From assembly GCA_041589175.1 (NCBI GenBank), contig JBFHWF010000006.1:1-61796 (forward strand): a DNA stretch of 61,796 nucleotides. Reading direction: 5' to 3'. This document shows positions 29,154 through 39,361 of this stretch, one piece after another. The position numbers and the translations under genes were made by a program. Source of the DNA: Gammaproteobacteria bacterium (GTDB taxonomy: Bacteria > Pseudomonadota > Gammaproteobacteria > SZUA-229). The first letter of the stretch is position 1; the number at the start of each line of letters is the position of its first letter. The notes below the pieces were generated by a model. The model was not told the DNA's origin. It did not search any database and worked only from the letters and a program-made list of their open reading frames with translations.

Positions 29154-29160
29154 GTCTTCG

Positions 29161-29796
29161 TTATTTCTCTATCGCCGTGGTCTGCAACTGTTGCTTCAAA
29201 TTGTGTAGTATTCGATAGGGTAAAACCCGCTGTATGATATTAATCAACCATACCGGCAACCAGCCTTTCGGGTCCGCCTGATAGGTTAGTTCAATCCGGG
29301 TTCGATTTTCTGCAAGTTGTGTGATCTGATAATGACTTTGCATTAGTTCACCTCTAACTATCCATGCCTGCTCTGGCATTTCATCACGCAAAAGTGATCG
29401 CATACGATAACTAACCTGATTCACAGATCTGGAATCTACCACAAGGCTGTAAACAAAATCCCGGTCACTTGCAGGCCAGGGGGCTTCAAACAGTGCGTAC
29501 TCAATTCTCTCTGCTGGATTTACCACAGCCAGCACACGGGCAGATATTAGATAGGGCACCCAGTTTACTCGCCCATCGACATCATCCAGAATTGCCTCTA
29601 CGGCTTGCATAGGCGCATTCACCTCGGTAATTACCCTGGCACGAATAATCTCACTACTCGATGATTCCGCCGTATATACCTTGATCGATGCTTCATCTCT
29701 TATGAGCTGCCAGTCATCACCCTGCCCATAAGCGGGCACGACTGCAGCAACCAGAACCAGCGCAAAAAATATCCGGCAAAGACTGTTCTCAGGCAT
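29161..29796 (-). CDS. Exported START-domain (lipid-binding) protein
   Basis: Signal peptide, WQLIRDEASIKVY, APWPASDRDFV, ADPKGWLPVWLIN. Confidence 0.85.
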   Translation of the reverse strand: MPENSLCRIFFALVLVAAVVPAYGQGDDWQLIRDEASIKVYTAESSSSEIIRARVITEVNAPMQAVEAILDDVDGRVNWVPYLISARVLAVVNPAERIEYALFEAPWPASDRDFVYSLVVDSRSVNQVSYRMRSLLRDEMPEQAWIVRGELMQSHYQITQLAENRTRIELTYQADPKGWLPVWLINIIQRVLPYRILHNLKQQLQTTAIEK

Positions 29797-29813
29797 TATC
29801 CCCAGGCTAATCC

Positions 29814-30092
29814 TTATTCAATTTCTTCAATATAAGTTCGAGCGATTGGCGTTTGCACATAGCGCCGTACACCTTTTACATCCGCCCAGAAATAATAATA
29901 GCCCTTGGCGGGTTCTGTCGTTACCTTACCACCCTTAACATACCAGCTCTTAACATGCTCTCCATCCGCATATGTAACTTTATAATCTCCCTCAAGCCAG
30001 GTAACACCGAGCCTCGATAGCTGATTTTGCTGCTCTTCGCTACATGCGGTCAGTAGCAGTGACATAAATAACAGGATGCTGGTTTTTTTCAT
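29814..30092 (-). CDS. Small lipoprotein of unknown function
   Basis: MKKTSILL..LLTAC lipobox; GAGAGGGG RBS before ATG 30092. Confidence 0.7.
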   Translation of the reverse strand: MKKTSILLFMSLLLTACSEEQQNQLSRLGVTWLEGDYKVTYADGEHVKSWYVKGGKVTTEPAKGYYYFWADVKGVRRYVQTPIARTYIEEIE

Positions 30093-30298
30093 TTCGAAGA
30101 CCCCTCTCTGGTTTTTACACAACCTTACGCTATACATGACGAGCTTATCACTTCGGCTGGATCAGCCGGCGGCGTACTACATCCACAGAGTCGCTCACCA
30201 TTAAACCCGGCTGTAACAGCCAAAGCCCATAATACCTGTATTCTCTCTGACTATAACATGTGCCCCAACACCCTGGTTTCCGTGTAAAATCGGCACCT

Positions 30299-32488
30299 AT
30301 GGATGTTTCACATATACTCGATGGCCTGAACGACAGGCAACGTGACGCGGTTACAGCCCCTCCTGGCCCCATGCTGGTGCTCGCCGGTGCCGGTAGCGGC
30401 AAAACCCGTGTCCTGGTACACCGTATGGCCTGGTTGATGCAGGTAGAAGATATCAGCCCCTATAGCCTGATGGCCGTTACCTTTACCAATAAAGCTGCCA
30501 ATGAGATGCGCAACCGTGTCGAGACACTACAGGGTGTTTCACCACAGGGTATCTGGGTTGGTACTTTCCATGGGATCGCGCATCGCCTGCTTCGGGCACA
30601 CTGGAAAGAGGCAGATCTGCCACAGCAGTTCCAGATTCTCGACTCAGACGACCAGTACCGCATGATCCGTCGTGTTCTCAAGTCTATGGAACTGGATGAA
30701 GCCCGCTGGGTACCACGTCAGATCCAGGGCTTCATCAATGCCCGTAAAGATGAAGGCCTGCGTCCTCAGCATGTGGATGCGGGCTCAGATCCCGTGCGTC
30801 AGATGCTGGTCTCTATCTATAGTGCTTATGAAGCTGCCTGCAAGCGCGCAGGGGTTATCGACTTTGCCGAGCTATTACTACGTAGCCTTGAACTTATACG
30901 TGATAATGATGAACTCAGGAAGCACTATCGTGATCGCTTCAAACACATTCTGGTAGATGAGTTTCAGGATACCAATACCATTCAATATGCGTGGATTCGT
31001 TTGCTGGCGGCTGATCGTAATCACCGTGGTGCCCAGCTATTTGTGGTCGGCGATGATGATCAGGCCATCTATGGCTGGCGAGGTGCCCGTGTGGAAAATA
31101 TCCTTACCTTCAAGCAGGACTATCCGGACACCCTGATGATTCGGCTGGAGCAGAACTATCGATCCACCGCTAATATTCTCAATGCCGCCAACGGCCTTAT
31201 TGCCCATAACGACGAGCGCATGGGCAAGAATCTGTGGACCGAAGGTGAGGATGGTGCACCGATACACCTGTATGCTGCATTTAACGAGCAGGATGAGGCC
31301 CGTTATGTCATCGATCGTGTACTGGACTTTATCGCATCAGGCCAGCCACGGGCCGATATTGCCATTCTTTATCGATCCAATGCCCAGTCGCGGGTTTTTG
31401 AAGAACAACTCATTGCCCAGGGTATTCCTTACCGGGTTTACGGCGGCCTGCGCTTTTTCGAACGTGCCGAGATCAAGGATGCCCTGAGCTACCTTCGACT
31501 CATGAATAATCGTAACGATGACCCATCCTTTGAGCGAGTCGTTAACCAGCCGACCCGTGGTATTGGCAATAAAACCGTCGATACGGTTCGTGATGCTGCC
31601 CGTCAGGCAGATATTTCCATGTGGCAGGCTGCACGTAAACTCATTGATGAAAATGCACTGGCTGCACGAGCTCACAAGGCATTACTGGCTTTCCTGCAAC
31701 TTATCGACCAGCTGGCGGCTGACACCAACACACTCGAACTTCATGAGCGTGTCGAGCACGTGGTTCATGGTTCTGGTCTGATCGAACATTATGGTAAGGA
31801 GAAAGGCGAAAAAGCCGAGGCGCGCGTAGAAAACCTGGAAGAGCTGGTCAGTGCTGCACGCAGCTTCGAGTTCGAACAGGATGATGACGAACCCATGGAT
31901 CATCTCACCGCCTTTCTAACCCATGCAGCACTCGAAGCGGGCGAAGGTCAGGCGGAAGCCTGGGAAGACTGCATTCAGCTCATGACCATGCATAGTGCCA
32001 AGGGTCTGGAATTCCCACTGGTTTTCATGGTGGGTATGGAAGAGGGCCTGTTTCCGCACCAGCGTAGTAGTGAGGAAGAGGGACGCTTACAGGAAGAGCG
32101 CCGTCTCTGTTATGTGGGTATCACACGTGCACGAGAACAGCTTGTGCTTAGTTATGCAGAACAACGCAGACTGTATGGCAAGGAAATTTATCCCATGCCT
32201 TCCAGTTTCATTGGAGAAATTCCATCACAGTTTATCGAAGAAATTCGTCCAAAACCGTCCGTATCATCTAGCCGCAGCTTTTTTGATACACCTTCATATA
32301 CAAAACAGGCCCTCGCACAGAGTGATTCAGGGTTCACGATTGGTCAACGGGTTCAGCACCATACTTTTGGTGAAGGTACCATTCTCAATTATGAAGGTCA
32401 GGGCAAGAGCGCACGGGTAGAGGTTAACTTTGATCAGGCCGGAAACAAATGGCTGGTACTGAGTTATGCTAATCTGCAAACTGTATAA
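30299..32488 (+). CDS. uvrD: DNA helicase II
   Basis: AGAGSGKTRVL, VDEFQDTN, VGDDDQAIYGWRGA, LEQNYRST, HSAKGLEFP, EERRLCYVGITRA, C-terminal Tudor-like domain; start ATG 30299. Confidence 0.96.
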   Translation: MDVSHILDGLNDRQRDAVTAPPGPMLVLAGAGSGKTRVLVHRMAWLMQVEDISPYSLMAVTFTNKAANEMRNRVETLQGVSPQGIWVGTFHGIAHRLLRAHWKEADLPQQFQILDSDDQYRMIRRVLKSMELDEARWVPRQIQGFINARKDEGLRPQHVDAGSDPVRQMLVSIYSAYEAACKRAGVIDFAELLLRSLELIRDNDELRKHYRDRFKHILVDEFQDTNTIQYAWIRLLAADRNHRGAQLFVVGDDDQAIYGWRGARVENILTFKQDYPDTLMIRLEQNYRSTANILNAANGLIAHNDERMGKNLWTEGEDGAPIHLYAAFNEQDEARYVIDRVLDFIASGQPRADIAILYRSNAQSRVFEEQLIAQGIPYRVYGGLRFFERAEIKDALSYLRLMNNRNDDPSFERVVNQPTRGIGNKTVDTVRDAARQADISMWQAARKLIDENALAARAHKALLAFLQLIDQLAADTNTLELHERVEHVVHGSGLIEHYGKEKGEKAEARVENLEELVSAARSFEFEQDDDEPMDHLTAFLTHAALEAGEGQAEAWEDCIQLMTMHSAKGLEFPLVFMVGMEEGLFPHQRSSEEEGRLQEERRLCYVGITRAREQLVLSYAEQRRLYGKEIYPMPSSFIGEIPSQFIEEIRPKPSVSSSRSFFDTPSYTKQALAQSDSGFTIGQRVQHHTFGEGTILNYEGQGKSARVEVNFDQAGNKWLVLSYANLQTV

Positions 32489-32500
32489 CAGGCAGGCCCT

Positions 32501-35500
32501 ATGAAGCCGTATATACCTATTCCAAGGGATCGAGAGCTGGTAACGCTGCTTATATCAGGGCTGGCAGTTATTATCGGCTTGATCTGGATATTCTTCGGTC
32601 ACAAGATTATCAGCTTCCTCATACCCGGCTATAGCCAGTCTACATTCTATTATTTCTTCAGTGGTGCTATTTTCGCCCTTACCTTTATCGGCATCTATGG
32701 ATTTGTTCGTACCGTATTATGCTTTACCGAATTTATGATAGAGCAGGACAACCTGAATTCACTACTGTATGAAAATATTCTCAAAGATGAACACGAAGGT
32801 GTTTTTCTAAAAAATAAAAAAGGCATTTATAAAATAATTAGCCCAAATGCTCAGAAAATACTTGGGCTTGAAGGAAAGCAGGTTATTGGCTTTACCGATG
32901 AAGAACTTCATACACCTGTGTCCGCCAATAAAATACAGCACGAAGACAAACGGGTGCTGGAATTTGGCGAAACTATCGAATGGGAAACCACAAAAAATAC
33001 AACTCTAGGAACCGAAACCTTTATCTGTAAAAAGTATCCCTGCCTGGATCACCGGGGCAATGTCGTGGGGATTGTAGGATCCTGCAAGAATATTACCGTT
33101 CTAAAAACATTTCATAAACTCAACCAGCAACTTGATGGTCGCTATCATAATCTTTTTAATACACTGCCCTACCCGGCATTAATTATTGATCCGGGTAGCC
33201 TGCAGATATACACCTATAATGATGCCGCTTGCAAACTACTCGGCTACAGACACGAAGAGTTTTCTCTCATGCGCCTGAGCTTACATGTTCAGCCCGAAGA
33301 TCTGGCGCAGTTCAAAGCATCTATCAGTGATCTCTTCAATCAGGGTGGTGGTGAATTTCAGACACGATTGATTAATAAACAACGGGATCTTATTGATGTA
33401 AGTGGCCATTGTCAGATCATTCATATCGATGACAAACAGTATCTTCATGTACTGATGTACGATACTACTGAGTCTAACAGGTCAACACAAAGCCTGATCA
33501 GTTCCGAACTTAAATATCGCTCATTATTTGAACACGCCAATGATGCTATTATCATCGTTTCACCAAATTCACAAAACATCATCGACGCCAATGAAATTGC
33601 GATACAGTCTCTGGGTTTCAATCGCGATGATCTATTAATGCTATCAATTCAGGATCTTGATGCAACATCAGATCACTACATGACTCAGGAACGCATTGCC
33701 GATCTTGAAATCTACAACCACGCCCTTTATGAACATCGCATACGCAATCGCCAGGGCAATGTGATTTCAGTGGAGATCAATGCACACAAACTAAACTATG
33801 GCAATGAGGATGTTTATCAGTTTGTTATTAGAAACATAGAGTCCCGCAAACAGACTGAAGCCGCATTGATCGCATCTGAACAACGCTATCGACAGATGTT
33901 CGAGTCTAATCTCGCCATCAAACTGGTTATTGACCCGATCAATTTTAAAATCGAAGACGCCAACCCTACTGCTGCTGAGTTCTATGGTTATAGTATCGAT
34001 GAAATGAAAGGCATGAGCCTGTCTCAAATTAATGTACTACCTCGCACTGAACTCGAAACCTTGATTCAGCAAACACGAGAACAGAATCTCGGTTATTACA
34101 GCTGCCCTCACCGACTGGCAAATGGTCAGATACGTTTTGTTGAAGTTCGTGACGGCCTGATGCAGCTTGATGGACGTAATCTTTTCTATTCTATTATCCA
34201 TGACGTTACCGCAAACAAAGAGGCTGAGAGTCAGATTCTTATGGCCTCGAAAATGTTTGATTACTCCACTGATGCTGTCATGTTAATTGATGCCGATAAT
34301 ATGGTGGTCTCAGTGAATCATGCTTTTACCAGCATCACAGGTTACCAGCAATCCGAAATACATAACTCACCCCCTGAGCTCATACTCGCAAGCCCCGACC
34401 AACGACTCCTCAATAACGAAGTCATAGAGCATATAAATAGCCACGGTCAGTGGCGCGGGGAAATATGGCATCGACTTAAAACCGGTCAGAGTCGCCCATT
34501 ACAGGCAACTATTAACATCATTCAACGTGAAGGCGCTAATTCCAGCTATGTTATTATGCTATCTCACAAAACGACAGATCAGTATGGTGAAGGTCAGCAG
34601 ACAAATATCATTGAGCTAACACAGTTACCCAACAAGATTCTCTTCATGGATAGATTAAGTAACGCCATTGAGCGTGCCCGTCGTAATCAGAATCGTCTTG
34701 GCGTTATCCTTATCGATTTTCATAAGTTTTCCAAAATCAATACTGAATATAGTTACGAAACAGGTGACCGTATACTGATTGCCATTTCCAAACGCCTTAA
34801 ATACAACACGCGCAATACAGATACAGTGAGTCATTTTGAATCAGATAACTTTGCCATACTCATTGAAGATCTCAGCGATATCCAGCAAATGGGCATAGTA
34901 CTTCAGAAACTAATGACAACTCTATCCGAAGACTATCAGTCACCTGACGGCATCATTAGCATGAATGTTTCGCTCGGTGTCAGCATATATCCTGAAGATG
35001 GTGAACATAATCATACCTTACTTGAACAGGCCAGTGATGCACTATCACGTGCGCAACAAAGCTCTGAATCACATTTCGAAATGACCAACAGCAGCATGAA
35101 TCAGCTGGCAAATTTGTGGCTGGAAACTGAGGCCACTATGCATTCGGCATTACGGCGTCATGAATTCACTCTCAATTTTATGCCGGTCATTGACACTACT
35201 GAGAATCAGGTTGTATCTGTTGAAGCTCTGGTACGCTGGAATCATCCAGAATTTGGCGAGCTACTTCCACAGCAATTTCTACCAGCTGCGGAACAGTCGG
35301 GCTTTATCGGAGCTATTGGAATGGCAGTTGTAACACAGGCGCTCAAGCAACTCCGACTCTGGCTCGATAAAAACATTGATATCAAGCATATGTCATTAAA
35401 TATTTCCCAGTCACAACTTGATGCAGATTTTTTTGAAATTCTTACAGAAAAATGCAATGAATTGAATATTCCACATCATCTTGTCAGTCTGGAATTTTCT

Positions 35501-35890
35501 GAAATTAACTTTATCGACTGTACTGAGCATCAGCAATACTTCATTAATGAGTTATATAACGCAGGTTTTTTCCTGGTTGTTGATGACTTCGGTGTAACCC
35601 ACAAATCGCTTGGTTGTATTCTTCAGGCCAGGGTACATCAACTCAAGCTGCATCCCAGTTTGCTACTAAACGCTCAGCAAGATGATCATGCTCAACGAAC
35701 TTTACAGGCAGTACTTGCACTATCTGAAAAACTGGATATCCAACTTGTCGCTGAAGGTATTGAAACTGAGGATGAATATGCGTATCTTCGTTCTTTAGAC
35801 ATCACATCGATGCAGGGGCATTATTTCAATCAACCATTTGATGCCCCAACATTCGAACAGTTTATAACCCATTATAGCAACCAGCCTTAA
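32501..35890 (+). CDS. Membrane-anchored multi-PAS protein with degenerate GGDEF and an EAL domain
   Basis: Two N-terminal TM helices, about five PAS domains, SHFESDNF in place of GGDEF, VEALVRW, DDFGV, VAEGIET, MQGHYF. Confidence 0.88.
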   Translation: MKPYIPIPRDRELVTLLISGLAVIIGLIWIFFGHKIISFLIPGYSQSTFYYFFSGAIFALTFIGIYGFVRTVLCFTEFMIEQDNLNSLLYENILKDEHEGVFLKNKKGIYKIISPNAQKILGLEGKQVIGFTDEELHTPVSANKIQHEDKRVLEFGETIEWETTKNTTLGTETFICKKYPCLDHRGNVVGIVGSCKNITVLKTFHKLNQQLDGRYHNLFNTLPYPALIIDPGSLQIYTYNDAACKLLGYRHEEFSLMRLSLHVQPEDLAQFKASISDLFNQGGGEFQTRLINKQRDLIDVSGHCQIIHIDDKQYLHVLMYDTTESNRSTQSLISSELKYRSLFEHANDAIIIVSPNSQNIIDANEIAIQSLGFNRDDLLMLSIQDLDATSDHYMTQERIADLEIYNHALYEHRIRNRQGNVISVEINAHKLNYGNEDVYQFVIRNIESRKQTEAALIASEQRYRQMFESNLAIKLVIDPINFKIEDANPTAAEFYGYSIDEMKGMSLSQINVLPRTELETLIQQTREQNLGYYSCPHRLANGQIRFVEVRDGLMQLDGRNLFYSIIHDVTANKEAESQILMASKMFDYSTDAVMLIDADNMVVSVNHAFTSITGYQQSEIHNSPPELILASPDQRLLNNEVIEHINSHGQWRGEIWHRLKTGQSRPLQATINIIQREGANSSYVIMLSHKTTDQYGEGQQTNIIELTQLPNKILFMDRLSNAIERARRNQNRLGVILIDFHKFSKINTEYSYETGDRILIAISKRLKYNTRNTDTVSHFESDNFAILIEDLSDIQQMGIVLQKLMTTLSEDYQSPDGIISMNVSLGVSIYPEDGEHNHTLLEQASDALSRAQQSSESHFEMTNSSMNQLANLWLETEATMHSALRRHEFTLNFMPVIDTTENQVVSVEALVRWNHPEFGELLPQQFLPAAEQSGFIGAIGMAVVTQALKQLRLWLDKNIDIKHMSLNISQSQLDADFFEILTEKCNELNIPHHLVSLEFSEINFIDCTEHQQYFINELYNAGFFLVVDDFGVTHKSLGCILQARVHQLKLHPSLLLNAQQDDHAQRTLQAVLALSEKLDIQLVAEGIETEDEYAYLRSLDITSMQGHYFNQPFDAPTFEQFITHYSNQP

Positions 35891-35914
35891 CCAACCAGCA
35901 CCCATATTAATATT

Positions 35915-36988
35915 ATGAAAAGACGACAGTTTATTACTTCCGCAGTTAGCACAGGCCTGCTTGGTACCGCAGCATTACATAGCCCTGTATCCCATGCCGC
36001 AAAAAAATACAAATGGAAAATGGTTACCACCTGGCCCAAAAACTTTCCAGGCCTTGGCACGGGCGCTAATAAACTCGCTGAGCTAATCAGTCAAATGTCT
36101 GGCGGCAGACTCCGCGTAAAGGTCTACGGTGCAGGTGAACTGGTTCCGGCCTTTGAAGTTTTTGATGCTGTCTCACGTGGCACGGCTCAAATGGGTCATG
36201 GAGCTGCCTATTACTGGAAGGGCAAAACCGAAGCCGCTCAATTTTTTGCAGCTGTCCCTTTTGGACTGACCTCAACTGAAATGAATGGCTGGCTGTACCA
36301 TGGTGGTGGCATGGAACTCTGGCGTGAGCTTTATGAACCTTTCGGGCTTGTACCTGCCGCCGCAGGAAATACCGGGGTTCAGATGGCAGGCTGGTTTAAT
36401 CGCGAAATTAAATCACTGGATGATTTAAAAGGGCTAAAAATGCGCATACCCGGCCTTGGTGGTGAAGTACTGAAACGTGCAGGCGGTACGCCTGTGAGCC
36501 TTCCCGGTGGCGAGCTGTTTACCTCCTTAAAAACCGGCACGATCGATGCGACGGAGTGGGTCGGACCATACAACGATCTCGCTTTTGGTCTGCATAAAGC
36601 CGCAAAGTATTATTACTATCCCGGCTGGCATGAACCCGGCACCACTCTGGAAGCTCTGATTAATAAGGCTGCATTAGATGAGCTACCCGATGACCTGCAG
36701 GCAATCGTGCTAAATGCCTGCCAGATCGTCAACCAGGATATGATCGCGGAATACAATGCACGCAACCAGCAGGCCCTCGACACACTGGTCAACAAGCATC
36801 AGGTCAAGCTGATGAAGCTGCCAGATGATGTACTTATGACCCTGCGTAAACTCTCCGACGAGGTGGTCAGTGAAATCGCCAAATCCGATGCTAACAGTCA
36901 GAAAATCTATGCGTCATTCGTTGAGTATCGGAATCAGGTTAAGCGCTGGACGGATATTTCCGAAAAAAGCTATCTAAACCACCGATAG
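35915..36988 (+). CDS. dctP: TRAP substrate-binding protein (TakP-like, Tat-exported)
   Basis: KRRQF twin-arginine leader, WKMVTTWP, GNTGVQMAGWF, KMRIPGLGG, IDATEWVGPYND, YPGWHEPG. Confidence 0.9.
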   Translation: MKRRQFITSAVSTGLLGTAALHSPVSHAAKKYKWKMVTTWPKNFPGLGTGANKLAELISQMSGGRLRVKVYGAGELVPAFEVFDAVSRGTAQMGHGAAYYWKGKTEAAQFFAAVPFGLTSTEMNGWLYHGGGMELWRELYEPFGLVPAAAGNTGVQMAGWFNREIKSLDDLKGLKMRIPGLGGEVLKRAGGTPVSLPGGELFTSLKTGTIDATEWVGPYNDLAFGLHKAAKYYYYPGWHEPGTTLEALINKAALDELPDDLQAIVLNACQIVNQDMIAEYNARNQQALDTLVNKHQVKLMKLPDDVLMTLRKLSDEVVSEIAKSDANSQKIYASFVEYRNQVKRWTDISEKSYLNHR

Positions 36989-36993
36989 CTCAC

Positions 36994-38367
36994 TTACTGC
37001 AGCTGGGCGGGTAACCAGGTTGCCAGCCCAGGCCAGTAGGCAATCAGTCCCATGCCTATCAGCTGTATCACAATGAAAGGCATCACACCTCGGTATATAT
37101 CTGAGGTACGTACGGAATCCGGCGCCACACCTCGCAGATAAAACAGTGAAAACCCGAACGGAGGTGTCAGGAAGGAAGTCTGCAGGTTAATCGCGATAAG
37201 AATTCCGAGCCAGACAGGATCAATGCCCATCGCCAGCAATACCGGACCGACTATCGGGATCACGACGAAAGTAATTTCAATGAAGTCGAGCACAAAGCCC
37301 AGCAGAAACATCACCAGCATCACGATAAACAACGCACCATAAATGCCACCGGGCAGATCGCTTAGCATCGACTGTACCAGCTCATCACCCTCAAAACCCC
37401 TGAACACCAGGGAAAACACCGATGCGCCAATCAGGATCATAAATACCATACTGGTTACCCGCGTTGTCTGCTGCATCACGTCTTTCAGCATAGGTAGTTT
37501 CAACTGCCCACGCTGCCATGCCAGCGTGGTGGCACCAATCGCCCCCACTGCTGCCGCCTCGGTGGGTGTGGCAACCCCGGCAATAATCGCTCCCAGCACC
37601 AGCAGGATCAGTAACAGGGGTGGTATCAGCTCCTGCAATACCTTCATTTTCAGGTTTGTTACCTGCTGCCGTTCCTGCAAGGGAATAGCCGGCATCGACT
37701 CGGGTTTTAGCAGGCTCATCGCCAGCAGATAGCACAGGTAGAGACCAACCAGCATCAGCCCCGGAATCAGGGCTCCTACAAATAGATCACCCACAGACAG
37801 GGTTTCCGGGCTGAAAATTCCCATATCCAGCTGTGCCTGTTGATAGGCCGACGACAGTACATCACCAAGTAATACAAGAACGATTGATGGCGGGATAATC
37901 TGCCCGAGGGTGCCCGAAGCACAGATAGTGCCACAGGCAAGGGGCGTGTCATAACCGCGCTTTAACATCGTTGGCAGTGACAGCAATCCCATGGTTACCA
38001 CCGTTGCACCCACAATGCCTGTACTCGCAGCCAGTAGCATGCCTACCAGTGTTACCGAAATGCCAATACCGCCGCGCATACTACCAAACAACTGTGCCAT
38101 GGTTTCCAGCAGGTTCTCTGCGATGCGGGAGCGCTCCAGCATAACCCCCATAAACACAAACAGGGGCACTGCCAGTAGCACCTGATTCATCATAATGCCG
38201 TATAGACGATTGGGTAGCGCTTCCAGGAAAGCACTGTCGAAGACATCCAGGTAGCTGCCAATACCGGCAAACACCAGTGCAGTACCTGCCAGGGTAAATG
38301 CCACCGGGTAGCCACTGAGTAGCAGGATAAACACACAGGCAAATAGCCAGAGTGCCATGTATTCCAT
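36994..38367 (-). CDS. dctM: TRAP large permease
   Basis: GYPVAFTL, AASTGIVGATVV, GTLGQIIPPS, LQTSFLTPPFGFSLFYLRGVAP. Confidence 0.93.
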   Translation of the reverse strand: MEYMALWLFACVFILLLSGYPVAFTLAGTALVFAGIGSYLDVFDSAFLEALPNRLYGIMMNQVLLAVPLFVFMGVMLERSRIAENLLETMAQLFGSMRGGIGISVTLVGMLLAASTGIVGATVVTMGLLSLPTMLKRGYDTPLACGTICASGTLGQIIPPSIVLVLLGDVLSSAYQQAQLDMGIFSPETLSVGDLFVGALIPGLMLVGLYLCYLLAMSLLKPESMPAIPLQERQQVTNLKMKVLQELIPPLLLILLVLGAIIAGVATPTEAAAVGAIGATTLAWQRGQLKLPMLKDVMQQTTRVTSMVFMILIGASVFSLVFRGFEGDELVQSMLSDLPGGIYGALFIVMLVMFLLGFVLDFIEITFVVIPIVGPVLLAMGIDPVWLGILIAINLQTSFLTPPFGFSLFYLRGVAPDSVRTSDIYRGVMPFIVIQLIGMGLIAYWPGLATWLPAQLQ

Positions 38368-38927
38368 TAGAACTGCCCTCCAGCGCTGTCATTCGAGGAG
38401 GGACGGCACTCACTCTCTACATTAAACAGACAGCACAGGTTTTTCAGGCATTGCGCCAGTGCCTGGATCAGTAGCAGGCTACACATCACCAGTATCAGGC
38501 TTTTTAGCAGATATACACCTGGTAAACCGCCGGCCTCGCGAGAAGCCTCCTTCACCGACCAGGCATCCTGGACATAGGGCCAGCTGACCCAGACGATAAA
38601 CGCCATTACCGGTAACAGCAGTAGAAGGTGTCCGGTTAAATTAACCCAGGCCTGCCCCCGAGGTCCAAGTCGAGAGTAAATGATATCGACCCTTACATGT
38701 TCATCATGCTTCAGGGTATAGGCGACCCCCAACAAAAACACCACCGAGTGCATATAGGAAATAGACTCCTGCAGGGCAATCCAGCCGATATCAAATAAAT
38801 ATCGGAGTACCACCACGAGGAATGTCATGACCACCATGCCTAGCACCAGCCAGGACACAGCTCGACCTGAGAGGTCGATGAGCTGCTCGAGTCGATAAGC
38901 GGTTTTTTTAATTGTCATACCTTGCAT
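38367..38927 (-). CDS. dctQ: TRAP small permease
   Basis: Four TM helices, VVVLRYLF, HVRVDIIY, EAGGLP; start may be 38918. Confidence 0.9.
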   Translation of the reverse strand: MQGMTIKKTAYRLEQLIDLSGRAVSWLVLGMVVMTFLVVVLRYLFDIGWIALQESISYMHSVVFLLGVAYTLKHDEHVRVDIIYSRLGPRGQAWVNLTGHLLLLLPVMAFIVWVSWPYVQDAWSVKEASREAGGLPGVYLLKSLILVMCSLLLIQALAQCLKNLCCLFNVESECRPSSNDSAGGQF

Positions 38928-39169
38928 TCTGGGCCCCGTCTTTTGCAGAACGCATTTTATACGATGATTTGCGTCTTATCGACCATTGCCTGCCAAATCC
39001 TGCGTTTTAGTGACTTATTCATAACTTTTCAGGTGAATTTACCCTTTAAGTATTCCTGGCTCATAAAATCTCAGCGGCTTGCTGGTTAGCAGATAATAAC
39101 TTTCTATGGGTAATTCAGCTGTTGTAGTGCTAGGCTTTTACTACTCAAGCTAACGCACTGGAGTGTGCT

Positions 39170-39361
39170 ATGACTGTAATAGCTGATAGTGATATCGAAC
39201 TACCAGACGCTGATCAGCAGGTAAGCTGTGAAGTCTGTCTGACATCTGTCCCCATGTCTGAAGCTGATATTAGCGAAGCCGAAGATTATGTCGCCTACTT
39301 CTGTGGCCTGGAATGCTATGCGCAGTGGCGCCAGCAGAAGCAGGACGACGAATCATCCTAA
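39170..39361 (+). CDS. DUF3330-like small Cys-rich protein
   Basis: VSCEVCL..P..A...E..DYVAYFCGLECYAQW pattern; GGAG RBS. Confidence 0.75.
   Translation: MTVIADSDIELPDADQQVSCEVCLTSVPMSEADISEAEDYVAYFCGLECYAQWRQQKQDDESS

Noticed and set aside
30138-30298. LexA box upstream of uvrD
   Set aside because: No CTG-N10-CAG palindrome of SOS-box type seen
36169-36184. TGTCTCACGTGGCACG as a third parS
   Set aside because: Three mismatches to consensus and explained by dctP coding sequence
39170-39361. mer transposon remnant
   Set aside because: No mer genes, resolvase, transposase or terminal repeats nearby
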